Positions 37,941 through 49,269 of a DNA stretch of 64,000 nt are shown in pieces. Both the position numbers and the translations under genes were made by a program. Origin of the DNA: a virus. Positions within the stretch are counted from its first letter, which is position 1; every line of letters begins with the position of its first letter. The notes below the pieces were generated by a model that saw only the letters and a list, made by a program, of their open reading frames with translations, ran no database searches and was not told where the DNA came from. The DNA lies in the IMG/VR virus record IMGVR_UViG_3300027859_000009, positions 1 through 64,000 of that record; one strand, 5' to 3'.

Positions 37941-39169
37941 TGAAAAAAGGAGGACATACACTATTAATAGATGGCAATTATTTTTTGCACAGCAGACTTT
38001 TTGTTCTTCCAAGACCATCTAGTGGTAAAATGATGGAAGATGAAGAATCAAGAGCCAATCTTATGCGCAAATTAGCGATAGACTTAGCATCCGAAGTAAG
38101 AAAGATGAGAGACTTTATAGATAAAGTTGTAGTAACAGTAGATGCTAGAAGTTGGCGCAAAGACCTATTCCCACAAGCAGAATATAAAGGTACTAGAAAG
38201 CAAGATTCTAAAATAGATTGGACTGGCGTATATGGAATTTATGAAGAATTTCAAGCTATTTTACAAAAGCACGGTGTTATTGTACATAGAATAGACGGCG
38301 CAGAAGCAGATGATGTTCTTTTTGGTTGGTCAACTTACTTAAACAATAAAGGTAAAAATTGTATAATATGGACAGGTGATAGAGACCTTATTCAATTAGT
38401 AAATTATTCAATACCAAATGATGCATACACACTATGGTATTCAAGTGCTCATAAAAGTTTATATACTTTTCCTAACTTTGAAGAAGTTATTAATAGGAAA
38501 GAAGATATAGATAAAAATGACATGTTATTTAATATGAGTCACTATAAAGGTCTTTCTCAAGAATCTAGACACTCTCTTAAATTATGGATGGAAAATAATA
38601 AAGTAAAATTAACTGAAGTAGATTGTGACGAGTTTTTATTTAAAAAAATACTTGTAGGTGACAGTGGTGATAACATACCATCTGTTATTACTTGGCAAAA
38701 AGTAATGAAGAATGGTAAATTAAGAACTTATTCTATTACAGATAAAATGGCAGATAAAATATATGCTCAGTTTACAAAAGAATCAGATGGATTTGTTGTA
38801 GATACCTTATTTGTAAAAAGCGAATTAGAAAGAATGGCTGATGTTGTTTATAGGGTAGTAGGTAGAGAATCTGCAAAGATTATATCTAACAGGATATTTG
38901 ATAATATGTCTCTAATGATGCTTCACTCTAGAGTAATACCTGAACCTATTCAGAACGAAATATACAAAGCAGTAGAAAATGAATTTTCTTTGCTAGATAG
39001 AATGGACCTATCTAAGTTAACAAACAAAGATAAAATATTAGAAAATACAAAATGGTTAGATATTAAAAAATCTAAAAAAGCAGATATTTTCTCTAATTTA
39101 GATATAGAAGATAACCAGCCTAAAAAATTAAAATTAATAAATAAGAATAACAAAAATAAATTGTTCTAA
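37937..39169 (+). CDS. T4 RNase H-like 5'-3' exonuclease/flap endonuclease
   Basis: IDGN, SWRK...EYKG.R, EADD, TGD.D..QL and GDSGDNIP motifs. Confidence 0.9.
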   Translation: MMKKGGHTLLIDGNYFLHSRLFVLPRPSSGKMMEDEESRANLMRKLAIDLASEVRKMRDFIDKVVVTVDARSWRKDLFPQAEYKGTRKQDSKIDWTGVYGIYEEFQAILQKHGVIVHRIDGAEADDVLFGWSTYLNNKGKNCIIWTGDRDLIQLVNYSIPNDAYTLWYSSAHKSLYTFPNFEEVINRKEDIDKNDMLFNMSHYKGLSQESRHSLKLWMENNKVKLTEVDCDEFLFKKILVGDSGDNIPSVITWQKVMKNGKLRTYSITDKMADKIYAQFTKESDGFVVDTLFVKSELERMADVVYRVVGRESAKIISNRIFDNMSLMMLHSRVIPEPIQNEIYKAVENEFSLLDRMDLSKLTNKDKILENTKWLDIKKSKKADIFSNLDIEDNQPKKLKLINKNNKNKLF

Positions 39170-39594
39170 TGTTAGACGACACAAAACTTTTTGATTTTAT
39201 TAAAATAATGTTTACAAAACCGGAGCATTATAATAAATTAAAAAACTTTTCAAAGAAAAGGCATCATTTTATGGTAAATAGATTTATGTCAATTAAACAC
39301 CCAACAACTGCAAATTTATTTAATATAAATGGTATTGATGGCGGAAGAGTAATTGATTGTTGGCACAAAGTTACTAGTAGATTTAATAAAGTCCCAGGTT
39401 GGATATACACTAAGACTAAAAGTTCAAAGAAAAATATTAAAGAAAAATACCAACCAAGTGAAGAAGCTTTAAGAATTTATATGGAAAAAAATGAAATAGG
39501 AAAAAGAGAAATAGAAGAGTTAAAAAAATTTTGCAAAGAAGAGTTATATCAAGATTTAAAAACATTAGAAAATCAAATAAAAGTTTATGGCTAA
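39169..39594 (+). CDS. Probable clamp loader small subunit (gp62-like)
   Basis: LFD..., FMVNRFMS pattern; near gp44. Confidence 0.55.
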   Translation: MLDDTKLFDFIKIMFTKPEHYNKLKNFSKKRHHFMVNRFMSIKHPTTANLFNINGIDGGRVIDCWHKVTSRFNKVPGWIYTKTKSSKKNIKEKYQPSEEALRIYMEKNEIGKREIEELKKFCKEELYQDLKTLENQIKVYG

Positions 39595-40234
39595 CTATCT
39601 TTTTCCTGAAATTGTAGCTATAACTCTACAAAAACATAATTCAATAGACAATAAAATTTACACTCTTATAAAAAATAAAGGGTGTTTTACTAAACATGCT
39701 AATACTATTTTAGTAAAAAGCGAAGAATTATATTCCATTCTTAAAGAAAATTATGAATTAGAATTAGAAAAATTAAATACTATTTCTAATAAAAACCTAT
39801 ATAAAGGAGCAACTACAATTTACTTTCTTAATAAATTCATGAAAGACATGAAAAACTTAAGATGGTTTCAAATCACTTTATGTAAAAATATATCTTATAG
39901 TAGAATTAGTAGCAATCATCAGCCAGATGAAGAAAAAACTTTAAATTTTGATTTTAAAGTAATAAGAGGAAGTTTTAGAACTTTTGATTTATTTAAAGAA
40001 GAATTATTACCATCGGTTAATAAAATTTTAAAACTAGTAGGATGTGTTAACAAATCACACTACGCTGTAGTAAAACTAAAAAATTTAGAAAATAGAATTT
40101 TAAATTTTAAAGAATCTTCCAATGACTTAACAGAAGAAGAAAATAGTATATGTAGTACTTTAATCTATCATTTTTCAGAATGGTCAGATGATAATCCACA
40201 AACACTTATAGTCACAGATTTCTTAGATATATAG
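39587..40234 (+). CDS. Hypothetical protein
   Basis: ORF track; overlaps the previous gene. Confidence 0.65.
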   Translation: MANYLFPEIVAITLQKHNSIDNKIYTLIKNKGCFTKHANTILVKSEELYSILKENYELELEKLNTISNKNLYKGATTIYFLNKFMKDMKNLRWFQITLCKNISYSRISSNHQPDEEKTLNFDFKVIRGSFRTFDLFKEELLPSVNKILKLVGCVNKSHYAVVKLKNLENRILNFKESSNDLTEEENSICSTLIYHFSEWSDDNPQTLIVTDFLDI

Positions 40235-40253
40235 TAGAAATACGTATTATATT

Positions 40254-40499
40254 ATGAAAGATAACAAGACTTTTTTTGAAAAGTTGCTTTCTGATGTTGA
40301 TGGTCAGCCATCTTCTAAAAGATTAGTAACTTTAGTAGCATTCGTTTTAATTTCCGGAGCATTTGTTATAAATATTTTTGCTGAAATACCATTAAAAGAA
40401 TATATGTTTGAGGGTATGCTTTGGTTAACTGGAGCTGGAATAGGTTCAGCAACAGTTGAGAAGTTTAGTAGAAAAGGGTTTAAAGACGAATCAGAATAA
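40254..40499 (+). CDS. Small 2-TM protein, holin-like
   Basis: SSKRL plus two TMs and EKF; GATATATA at 40226. Confidence 0.5.
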   Translation: MKDNKTFFEKLLSDVDGQPSSKRLVTLVAFVLISGAFVINIFAEIPLKEYMFEGMLWLTGAGIGSATVEKFSRKGFKDESE

Positions 40500-40515
40500 A
40501 CTAGATAAATAAAAC

Positions 40516-42477
40516 ATGGTTACAAGTTACACAGCATCCGAAGTAGGAGATATTATCATTGCTAAATTAGTAGAACCTTACAAAGGGGCAGAGCAAATTT
40601 TAGATTGGGATATACAAGCCGGTTTTTCTAATGAGTTTACTGTTGGAAAAATAACTTTTGTACAAGGAAGTTCAACAGTTACTGGGATTGGAACAAATTT
40701 AGACCTTAATTCCGGAGATATTATTTTAGCAGCAGGTTATGAATTCGAAGTATCTTCTACACCTGACCCTAATACAATAGAACTATCTTCACCATCTCTT
40801 TATGATTTAACAGATGTTGAGTTTCATATAAAAGAAAACGAATGGAATTATTTTAAATACGAGTTTAGATGGTCGCAAAATGATGTAATAGAAAAAGGAG
40901 GAGAGCATAGTGAATGGCATCCCTTAAATAAAACAAATATTTTAGGAGATATTTTAACTTTAGATATAAATCCAGCAGCCCCTTTTTGGGTAGAAATAAA
41001 ATCAACAGTTCAGGATTTACAACCTCTCCATACTATTTCTTTTTTAAAAGTAACATACACTATTCAATATGAAAATGGTACAATAGAAGAATGTCCTCAA
41101 ATATGCGCAGAATGTGAACCTTATGATGTCATAGGATGTGCTAATATTTTAGTAGAATGTGACTCAGAAAATCTTTATAACCCCTATGGTTTAAGTAGGC
41201 CTGTAAAAATCTATAATAGTTTATCTAATTTAGCAAATCAAGTTTATGGTCATCCTGTAACATATTATAGAGTTGAACCAAATGTTAGGAGTAAAGATGT
41301 TATTTTAAAAGAATATTCGCTTTATGATGTTATTGAAAAGGCAACAATAAAGATAATGGTACCAGATAACGAATTTCCTACAGAAGCTGCAAGTTTTGAT
41401 ATTTTTGGGATGGGTTTTGAAGATTTTGAAATTCACATGTTAGGTTCTGAATTTAGAAAGCATTTTGGTGAAGGTAAAAGCCCCAGATCAAGGGACTATT
41501 TATTTATACCATACAATAATAGAATGTATGAAGTAAATTCAGTTTCTTTAGCCGACGAATTTAATAAAGAGCTAACTTATTTCAAACTACATTTGAAAAA
41601 ATATGAAAATAGAACTTCTACTAATAAAGGAGATTTTGCAGAAGATTTAACAGACTTAGTAGTAGGAGTAGAAGAAGTTCTAGGAGAAGACATAAAAGAA
41701 GAGTTCACAAAAGTTACAAAACCTTTACAATACCAAGCAACTCATCATGCATCACAGGACGGTGTTAGAAAATATGTTCATAAAGATTTAGAAATTAGAG
41801 ATATTAATTTAATGAATAAATGGACGGTTGTTTCTAGAAATTACTACGAAACATCAAGTATTTTAGGAGATGAATCTCAAAGTCCTGCTGTTATTTATAA
41901 TGAAATTTCTAAAAATGGAGTTGGTGAAAATCTTTCACTACACCACTGGTTTCAACCAACTAAAAGATTCGATTACAAAAAAGCTGAACAGTATACAACA
42001 TTAGATGGAACTGATATTGAAGGAAATGGACTTGCTTTAAAAATATCATCAAAGGGTATTATTGTTAGAATAAACAATCAAGATTATTTATTTAAACATA
42101 AAATAATATTTGGTTCAGATCATTGGTACTCAATAGTTGTTAACATGAGTAACACTTATAACGAAGTTTCTGTAAGTATTTTTAAATTAGATGGGCAAAA
42201 TAATTATAATAGCCCTACAGGTCCTATGGAACTTGAAGAAATGTTTTTTGGTAAATTAGATATGCTTTCAATTCAAACTTGGGAAACCGATGTTAATTGG
42301 TCTTTAAGAGGCAGCGAATTAAACATAACTAATGTTAGAATATTTAAAAAGACTATCGAAGACGAACAAAAAGTTCCAGTATTACACCAATATGTAGTAA
42401 GAGATGCACATCACCTTTTATTAGCAGATAATGCCATACCATCGTTAATGTTACAGAAGTATGGTCAATCTAGATAA
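40516..42477 (+). CDS. Neck protein (gp14-like core) with extra N-terminal and C-terminal LamG-like domains
   Basis: Central G..V.Y...D..L.EY, FDIFG, P..RDYLFIP..NRMYEV; C-terminal beta-sandwich pattern. Confidence 0.6.
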   Translation: MVTSYTASEVGDIIIAKLVEPYKGAEQILDWDIQAGFSNEFTVGKITFVQGSSTVTGIGTNLDLNSGDIILAAGYEFEVSSTPDPNTIELSSPSLYDLTDVEFHIKENEWNYFKYEFRWSQNDVIEKGGEHSEWHPLNKTNILGDILTLDINPAAPFWVEIKSTVQDLQPLHTISFLKVTYTIQYENGTIEECPQICAECEPYDVIGCANILVECDSENLYNPYGLSRPVKIYNSLSNLANQVYGHPVTYYRVEPNVRSKDVILKEYSLYDVIEKATIKIMVPDNEFPTEAASFDIFGMGFEDFEIHMLGSEFRKHFGEGKSPRSRDYLFIPYNNRMYEVNSVSLADEFNKELTYFKLHLKKYENRTSTNKGDFAEDLTDLVVGVEEVLGEDIKEEFTKVTKPLQYQATHHASQDGVRKYVHKDLEIRDINLMNKWTVVSRNYYETSSILGDESQSPAVIYNEISKNGVGENLSLHHWFQPTKRFDYKKAEQYTTLDGTDIEGNGLALKISSKGIIVRINNQDYLFKHKIIFGSDHWYSIVVNMSNTYNEVSVSIFKLDGQNNYNSPTGPMELEEMFFGKLDMLSIQTWETDVNWSLRGSELNITNVRIFKKTIEDEQKVPVLHQYVVRDAHHLLLADNAIPSLMLQKYGQSR

Positions 42478-42505
42478 AAGGAATATATAATCTAAATTAA
42501 TAAGA

Positions 42506-43156
42506 ATGTCAGAAGATAAAAAGAAGACTATTTCAGAACAAGCTGAATTTATTAGAAAAGACTTAGAAGACCTTTTAGGTCCAGATAATAGTATAGACGT
42601 AGAACAAGACCCGTCAGATTTACCTATTCCTAAATTTCATAATGCAAAACCAGCTGTAAATTATTCTGAAATGAAAGGTATTTCAGAAAAACAGGCTAAA
42701 AAAACTATCTCTAGCCTAATGGAATTTTACTTAGATTCAGAAATCATTGAAAAAGATGAATATTTACAAGCTAAGAAAAAAATGGATGAAATGACTATGG
42801 GCTCTCTTGTGTATCAGCTACAAGCAGGTGAAAGAGCACTAACAACATTATTAGAAACTATTGAAGGAGGAGAATTAGCACCCAGAATGTTTGAGGTATT
42901 AGCAACATTGCAAAAATCAATGTTAGATATTATTAAAAGCCAAACCATGTACCTTATGGCAACTGAAGAGAGCGCAAAAAGAATAGCAAGAGATATTGAA
43001 CTCTATAAAAAGAGAGATAGAGATGATGAACTAGAACAGGTTGGAGGAAAAGAAAATGGAAATATTCAAAGAGGTACAAAAGACCTTATGAATCAAATTC
43101 AAGCAGGTATAAATAAAGCTGACATAGAAGATATAGAACCAGAAACAGATGAGTGA
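42506..43156 (+). CDS. Terminase small subunit (gp16-like)
   Basis: PRMFEVLATL and G..DL motifs; overlaps the large subunit start. Confidence 0.75.
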   Translation: MSEDKKKTISEQAEFIRKDLEDLLGPDNSIDVEQDPSDLPIPKFHNAKPAVNYSEMKGISEKQAKKTISSLMEFYLDSEIIEKDEYLQAKKKMDEMTMGSLVYQLQAGERALTTLLETIEGGELAPRMFEVLATLQKSMLDIIKSQTMYLMATEESAKRIARDIELYKKRDRDDELEQVGGKENGNIQRGTKDLMNQIQAGINKADIEDIEPETDE

Positions 43157-44963
43157 TAACGTTTGGATTCCTAAAGAAACAGGCCAGGCAACTTCAGAAA
43201 GACTTGTTTGGACAACTAAAAAAGTAAATGATTTAGAAGTAGCACTTGACCAAGGTTATAAACCACAGGTTAAAATGCCATTTTATGAAGGAAAGCAATT
43301 TTTAAGAAGAGGTAATATTGTATTTGAATACACTGATGGAGAGATTCAAGAGCTGGCTAGATGCGCGTCAGATATTGTATATTTTGCAGAAAAATATGCA
43401 GTTGTTTTAACTGATGAGGGAATTCAGCAGGTAAAATTAAGAGATTATCAAAAGGAAATGTTGCGTAATTTCCAAAATAATAGATTTAATATTTGTTTAG
43501 CAGCCCGCCAAATGGGTAAAACAGTTATGGCAAGTATTTTTAATGCATGGTTCTTAACTTTCAATACAGATAAAAACACACTGTTATTAGCAAATAAATC
43601 TGACACAACAAAAGAAATTATCGATAAAGCAAAGGTTGTTATAGAAAATCTTCCATTCTTTATGAAACCTGGAATTACAAAATATGATGTAATGAACGTA
43701 AAATGTGACAATGGCTGCAGACTTGTAGGACAGAGCACGACAGCTAAAGCAGGTATTGGTTTTACAATTCATTTATTATTTTTAGATGAGTTTGCACATA
43801 TTCACCCTTCTATAGTTGACGCTTTTTACGAAAATGTTTATCCTACACTTTCTGCTTCTAAGGTGTCCAGGATTATTATCACAAGCACACCAAACGGCTT
43901 TAATAAGTTTTATCAAATATACACCGCAGCTGAAAGAGGAGATAACGAATATAATTCTATGAGAATAGATTGGTGGCAGCATCCCGATAGAGACGACGCT
44001 TGGTATAAAAGAGAACTTGGAAACTTAGGAACTGTTGAGGCTTTTAATAGACAATATGGAAATGAATTTGTAAGTTCATCAAATTTGCTTTTAGACCCAG
44101 GGTCTATGAAAAAGATGAGAAGTTCAATGAAAGAATATGTACATCATGAATTCGATTGTTTTACCGATAACCAAATAGATATAAAAGGTTTTTTAAGTTT
44201 TCACCCAGGCTTTGATGTAGAAACTTTAAAAGACAAAGATAAATATTGGCTTTTAACAGTAGATATTGCTGAAGGAAACGGAGGAGACTATTCTATTATT
44301 AATATATTTAGAATCGACCCAATGACTAAAAAACAGATAAAAAATGTTACAACACCAGGTGCAATGTATGACTTTTTTAAATTAAATCAAGTCGGTGTTT
44401 TTAGAAGCAATGAACATATTATTGAAGATTTTTCAAAAATACTTTATTTAGTAGGAGTAGAATTGCTATATAATGAAAACACAAAGATAATCGTAGAATT
44501 TAATACTTATGGTTCAGTTCTTTTAAAATATTTACAAACTGTATTCCCTAGAACAAATGATTTTGATGAAGAGATGATTTTAAGATTTAAACACAGGCAC
44601 GATAGTAAAGGTTTAAAACATGGAATAAAAATAAAAAATGATAATAAGCCAATATTTTGTCAAAATTTCAAATCTCTTTATGAAAATAATAAAATAAACA
44701 TTACTGAATTTCAAACAACAAACGAAATAAGTCTTTTTGGAACTTTACCCTCAGGAAACTATGGTGCTCAGATGGGCAATGATGACCTTGCAATGTCAAG
44801 TATTATAGCAACTGAATATTTTAATACAGCAGCATATGCTGATTCAGTAGAAGAATTGTTAGACTTAATTGACCCAGACTTGCATGATTTCATGGAAACT
44901 ACGTTATTTAAAGATAATCAAGACCAAGGAGACTTAAATTTCGACATTTATGACCTATTATAG
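43149..44963 (+). CDS. Terminase large subunit (gp17)
   Basis: LRDYQ, RQMGKT, LDEFA, STPNG, VD.AEG.G.DYS and NDD..M motifs. Confidence 0.95.
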   Translation: MSDNVWIPKETGQATSERLVWTTKKVNDLEVALDQGYKPQVKMPFYEGKQFLRRGNIVFEYTDGEIQELARCASDIVYFAEKYAVVLTDEGIQQVKLRDYQKEMLRNFQNNRFNICLAARQMGKTVMASIFNAWFLTFNTDKNTLLLANKSDTTKEIIDKAKVVIENLPFFMKPGITKYDVMNVKCDNGCRLVGQSTTAKAGIGFTIHLLFLDEFAHIHPSIVDAFYENVYPTLSASKVSRIIITSTPNGFNKFYQIYTAAERGDNEYNSMRIDWWQHPDRDDAWYKRELGNLGTVEAFNRQYGNEFVSSSNLLLDPGSMKKMRSSMKEYVHHEFDCFTDNQIDIKGFLSFHPGFDVETLKDKDKYWLLTVDIAEGNGGDYSIINIFRIDPMTKKQIKNVTTPGAMYDFFKLNQVGVFRSNEHIIEDFSKILYLVGVELLYNENTKIIVEFNTYGSVLLKYLQTVFPRTNDFDEEMILRFKHRHDSKGLKHGIKIKNDNKPIFCQNFKSLYENNKINITEFQTTNEISLFGTLPSGNYGAQMGNDDLAMSSIIATEYFNTAAYADSVEELLDLIDPDLHDFMETTLFKDNQDQGDLNFDIYDLL

Positions 44964-45023
44964 AATAATTCCCATAATTCTTAGATATATACTTTAACAA
45001 ACTAAAAAAAAATAATTTCAATT

Positions 45024-47276
45024 ATGGCACTAAGTCCTCAATTATTACAATTCAAATCAAGCGGTGTTTACCGTTTAGAATTTGATAAGTCTCAAGTATC
45101 TACAGTTACTGCAGAGACTATTAGGTTATTGGCAGGTCACTCTAAAAAAGGACCAATCAATACACCAGTATATTGCGAAGATACAGAATCTTTTACTCTT
45201 ATCTTTGGTAATATCGATAAAAAATTAGAAAAGAAAGGAATGTTCTTTCACAGAAGTTGTTTAGAAGCTCTTAAAAGAGGTCCTATTCTAGCTATTAATT
45301 TAGCAGACCTTTCATCAGCAGATAAAGCTGACTATTGGAAAATTTCAACAGATGCGACAGGAGCATCTGCTGCAGCATCTTCAACTTCAGATGATGAATA
45401 TGAATCATTCCACAACACTGACAAATTTATGTTTGCATCAGACTCTGAGTTTTTAGCAACTGTCGGAGAACACCCTGAAGAAGCATTAAACATTGTTAAT
45501 TTAGGTAATGATAATCTTTCAGTTATCGTAAGACAAGCACAAGATGTTAAAGCTTTTGAAGTACAGGCTAGAGATTGGTATGGAACAGGAAATATTCCAG
45601 AAGGAATTTCTGAACTAGACTATATTTCAGACTACATGGTCGATGTCTTTGTATTTAAAGGTAAATTTGACGCAGCTGCGTTAGATGCAGACCCTGTATA
45701 TGGAGATTACTTTACTTCAACTGGTCTTAAAAAAGATAAACTTAACGCTTTTGCAGATGAAAGACAAATCACTTTATTATCACAGTATACTGGTTCAATC
45801 ATACCAAACTTTCAAGATTTAGAAGGAAATGGTCTATACATTGAACAAATAATAAATGCAGAAACTAGAAGAACTGGTTTATTTTGTGCAGTTAATGAAG
45901 AAGCTGTAGAAGATTCAAAAGTAAATTTAGTAGGAATAAATGCTGCTGTTGCTATTGACGCTTTATCTTATCAGATTGGAGCTACAGCTAGAGCCATAGA
46001 TTTCTCAACAACTGATTTCGTTTATACTTCAAATGGTTCATCATTTGATTTCGAATCTGCATCAAATGATGATTTAGATTTAGTTGTAGGAGACTATTTT
46101 CCAGGAGCAACAGGTACAGATTTAGTTAAAGTAACTAGAATTTCACAACAAGGTACTTCACCGACAGTATATACTGTTACATGTTCAGGACCAGTTGATT
46201 CAGGTTTTACAGTATCTTCTGATGTTGCGTTTAAATCTCTTGAAAAAACAGCTACTGAGTACAGAATTTTTAATTTTGATGCAGCAACTTTAGCAGATCA
46301 GTCTATTTCAGATTGTTTAACTGCTATTTCATCAGATGGATTATTCTCTGCATTAACAGATAGAGACGTTATAGATTTAAGATATATTGTAGATACTTTT
46401 GGTTCAATAGATGGTTCAAACCTTTTAAATAAAAATGAATTTACAAGAATCGCAAAAGAAAGACAAAACGTATCTTGTATATTAAATGCACCTACAGTTG
46501 CTGAATTTAAAAAATCAACAGACCCGTCGTTTAAAGATGCTACTACAAAGAAATTTAATACAAGATTTGTAAAAGATGGTGGTGATTTATCACAAAATCC
46601 AACTGCAATTTATTCGCTACCTTCAATTGCTGAAGGAGCTAATTACGGTTTTTATTACGGACCTGGTTTAGAAGTAAGAGAAAACGGAAAAGTTAAAACA
46701 GTTGTACCAGCAGCTTACGTATCTAATAACTATATTGATAAATTTACAAATGCACTTCCTTGGTCTATTGTATCAGGACCTAGAAGAGGAGTTATTACAG
46801 GAACTAACGTTATTGGAGCTGAATATGCATTCGATAAAACAGACAGAGATAATTTAGAACCTTTTGGAATCAACCCAATTGTATTTGAAAGAGGAGTTGG
46901 ACTAAATATTAAAGGTAATAAAACAGGACAGCAAAGCGTAAAATCGGCTTTAAGTTCAGCTCACGTAAGAGAGGTATTAATCTTCATCGAAAATGGTTTA
47001 GCAGATATACTTAAAGATTACTTATTTGAGTTTAACACTGCACAAACTAGATTAGAAATTAAAACACTTGCTGATTCATTCATGGATGGTGTTTTAGCAG
47101 ATGAAGGTGTATTTGCATATAATAATGTAATAGACTCAACTAACAACACAAATGAAGTTATAGATGCTAATATGGGTATCCTTGATACATTTGTAGAACC
47201 AGTTAAAGGTTTAGAAATTATTGTACATAGAACAACAGTACTTAATACTGGAGATATAGCTTCAGGTAACTTCTAA
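45024..47276 (+). CDS. Tail sheath protein (gp18)
   Basis: SGVY..E.D, PW...GPRRG, INPI and FEFN...TR motifs. Confidence 0.93.
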   Translation: MALSPQLLQFKSSGVYRLEFDKSQVSTVTAETIRLLAGHSKKGPINTPVYCEDTESFTLIFGNIDKKLEKKGMFFHRSCLEALKRGPILAINLADLSSADKADYWKISTDATGASAAASSTSDDEYESFHNTDKFMFASDSEFLATVGEHPEEALNIVNLGNDNLSVIVRQAQDVKAFEVQARDWYGTGNIPEGISELDYISDYMVDVFVFKGKFDAAALDADPVYGDYFTSTGLKKDKLNAFADERQITLLSQYTGSIIPNFQDLEGNGLYIEQIINAETRRTGLFCAVNEEAVEDSKVNLVGINAAVAIDALSYQIGATARAIDFSTTDFVYTSNGSSFDFESASNDDLDLVVGDYFPGATGTDLVKVTRISQQGTSPTVYTVTCSGPVDSGFTVSSDVAFKSLEKTATEYRIFNFDAATLADQSISDCLTAISSDGLFSALTDRDVIDLRYIVDTFGSIDGSNLLNKNEFTRIAKERQNVSCILNAPTVAEFKKSTDPSFKDATTKKFNTRFVKDGGDLSQNPTAIYSLPSIAEGANYGFYYGPGLEVRENGKVKTVVPAAYVSNNYIDKFTNALPWSIVSGPRRGVITGTNVIGAEYAFDKTDRDNLEPFGINPIVFERGVGLNIKGNKTGQQSVKSALSSAHVREVLIFIENGLADILKDYLFEFNTAQTRLEIKTLADSFMDGVLADEGVFAYNNVIDSTNNTNEVIDANMGILDTFVEPVKGLEIIVHRTTVLNTGDIASGNF

Positions 47277-47291
47277 AAATAATTAAGATAA

Positions 47292-47319
47292 ATCAGGAAA
47301 GACTTCGGTCTTTCCTGAT
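47292..47319 (+). terminator. 12-bp hairpin with C(UUCG)G tetraloop between sheath and tube genes
   Basis: ATCAGGAAAGAC-TTCG-GTCTTTCCTGAT; weak U-tail. Confidence 0.65.
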
Positions 47320-47374
47320 AAATTTTAAAAAAGAATTAGATATATAAAACATAAATAAAAATAAAAATAAAGAA

Positions 47375-47929
47375 ATGGCATTACCACATTATTCAAACGA
47401 CCAAACTAGCAAGAAAGGTAAGAATTTTGAACCAGTATTAGCGAATATGTTTGAGGTAACTATTCTTCCACCAGCAGGAGTTGGAGGTCAAGAATTATTA
47501 ATTCAACATATTAACAGTATTTCAGGTTTAGAACTTCATAAAGATTTGGGAACAGTAACCCAAAAATTCAAATGGTCTACAAGGTCTTTTACAGGTGTAC
47601 CTGGAGATTCCTTCTTAGACGTTACCGTTAATTTCTCATTAAACTTAAACGATGCAAATCAAATGTACCTTTACAAAACATTAAGAGATTGGTACAGACT
47701 AGCATATAACCCAGAAACTGGAGAAACGGGTCTTAAAAAAGACTACGTTGGACAGATGGTTATAGTTCAATTCAACAGAAAAGGTGATATTTTTAGAAAA
47801 ATCACACTAGACGATTGTTTCGTATATTCACCATTGAATCCATTGGCTGAAAATAACTATGAAACAGGAGACCCACAAGCAATTGATTGTGTATGGAGAG
47901 CTGACGTATGGTCAGAAGAATTAGCATAA
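47375..47929 (+). CDS. Tail tube protein (gp19)
   Basis: N.FEV, W..L.YNP.TG..G.K.DY; position after the sheath. Confidence 0.85.
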   Translation: MALPHYSNDQTSKKGKNFEPVLANMFEVTILPPAGVGGQELLIQHINSISGLELHKDLGTVTQKFKWSTRSFTGVPGDSFLDVTVNFSLNLNDANQMYLYKTLRDWYRLAYNPETGETGLKKDYVGQMVIVQFNRKGDIFRKITLDDCFVYSPLNPLAENNYETGDPQAIDCVWRADVWSEELA

Positions 47930-47946
47930 CAGCATTAAATTTTAAG

Positions 47947-47978
47947 AAAGAGAAGGCAATAAAACCTTCTCTTTTTTT
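47947..47978 (+). terminator. Intrinsic terminator
   Basis: AAAGAGAAGG/CCTTCTCTTT plus T-run. Confidence 0.8.
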
Positions 47979-48010
47979 ACACTGAAAATATAATATAATA
48001 ATATTTTAAT

Positions 48011-48214
48011 ATGTCCAACAAAAAAGATTATTTAGTAGATAAGTTAATTAAAAAAATTCAAGTTTTATTAACAGAGCCGGAGTTTGAGGAGTTAAATAAT
48101 ATTATTTTAAGCGAAGCACTTCAAAATAAACAAAGACCTAGGTCTGTAAGTGCTTTTGTTAGAGAACTTGTTAAAAAAGAAATAAAAAGAATCGAAGATT
48201 CTGAAACAAAATAA
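48011..48214 (+). CDS. Small ribbon-helix-helix-like protein
   Basis: KIQVLL...E...L...SVSAFVREL pattern. Confidence 0.55.
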   Translation: MSNKKDYLVDKLIKKIQVLLTEPEFEELNNIILSEALQNKQRPRSVSAFVRELVKKEIKRIEDSETK

Positions 48215-48249
48215 ATTAAATTTATATAAACCTTAAAAATTCATTAAAA

Positions 48250-49269
48250 ATGAGCAAAGAAGAAAACAAAAATGAAGAATTTGATAAATTCTTAAACAAA
48301 AAAGAAGAAGGCAACGGATACGATTCTGTTGAAAACACTTCAACAGAAAAAGCTGGACCAGACTCAAACCCTGAGTTAGCCTCTTTTGAAGAAACAATCA
48401 ATGAAAAAGGATTGGGTTCTGTAGATATTTCAAACTATGGAAGAAAAAAGGCAGATTCTACAGATACTGTATTAGGTTATGTACCTCTATCTATGGAAAC
48501 ACTTTTTTCTAAAGGTAGATTTTATCCACAAGACGCATCTATTCATGTTAGATCTGCAAAAGTTGCAGAAATTAGACATTTTTCAACAATGAACGAGCAA
48601 AATATTTTGGACATTGAAGAAAAATTAAACAACATTGTAAAATCTTGTATTAGATTTGAATCAAAATCTAAAAAGCTTTCATATAAAGACCTTATGGAAG
48701 AAGATAGAATTGCAGTACTTTTAGCAATTAGAGACCTTACTTTTCCAGAGCCTGAAAACAAAATCATAGTTCAAGCAGAAAATAGTTATGGTCAAACTAA
48801 AGATGTTGAGATTGCTACAAATAATTTTGTTGCAAATGAAATTCCAGAAGAAATAGAAAAGTATTACGATGTAGTTTCAAGATGTTTTAGAATTCAAACT
48901 CGCTCATCTGGAGAAATATTAATGAGACCCCCTTCTATTGGAGTTATGGAAGAAGTTACTAAGTATATTAGAACTCAGCAGGAAAGTAAAAAAAGATGGG
49001 ACCAGGCCTTTATTCAAATCTTACCATATATTCAGTTAGATTGGAGAGGTTTTAGTTCAAAAGAAATCTTTAATCAAGAGATAGACTTCCAAGGTTGGAA
49101 TGAGAAAAAATACATGGTAGTATATAGATTAGCAGAAAAAATGAGAATTGGCGCACAGCCGGAAATGCAAGTAGATGTTGACGGGGAGGACGTTTCGGTC
49201 CCTCTCGATTTCCCAGGTGGAGTCAAAAGCCTTTTCATTATTTCAGATCTCGCTGGAGAGCTTCTTTAA
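48250..49269 (+). CDS. Baseplate hub / tail assembly chaperone (gp26-like)
   Basis: LFSKGRFY, DR..VL..IR..T and RPP.IG motifs; between tube and tape measure. Confidence 0.65.
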   Translation: MSKEENKNEEFDKFLNKKEEGNGYDSVENTSTEKAGPDSNPELASFEETINEKGLGSVDISNYGRKKADSTDTVLGYVPLSMETLFSKGRFYPQDASIHVRSAKVAEIRHFSTMNEQNILDIEEKLNNIVKSCIRFESKSKKLSYKDLMEEDRIAVLLAIRDLTFPEPENKIIVQAENSYGQTKDVEIATNNFVANEIPEEIEKYYDVVSRCFRIQTRSSGEILMRPPSIGVMEEVTKYIRTQQESKKRWDQAFIQILPYIQLDWRGFSSKEIFNQEIDFQGWNEKKYMVVYRLAEKMRIGAQPEMQVDVDGEDVSVPLDFPGGVKSLFIISDLAGELL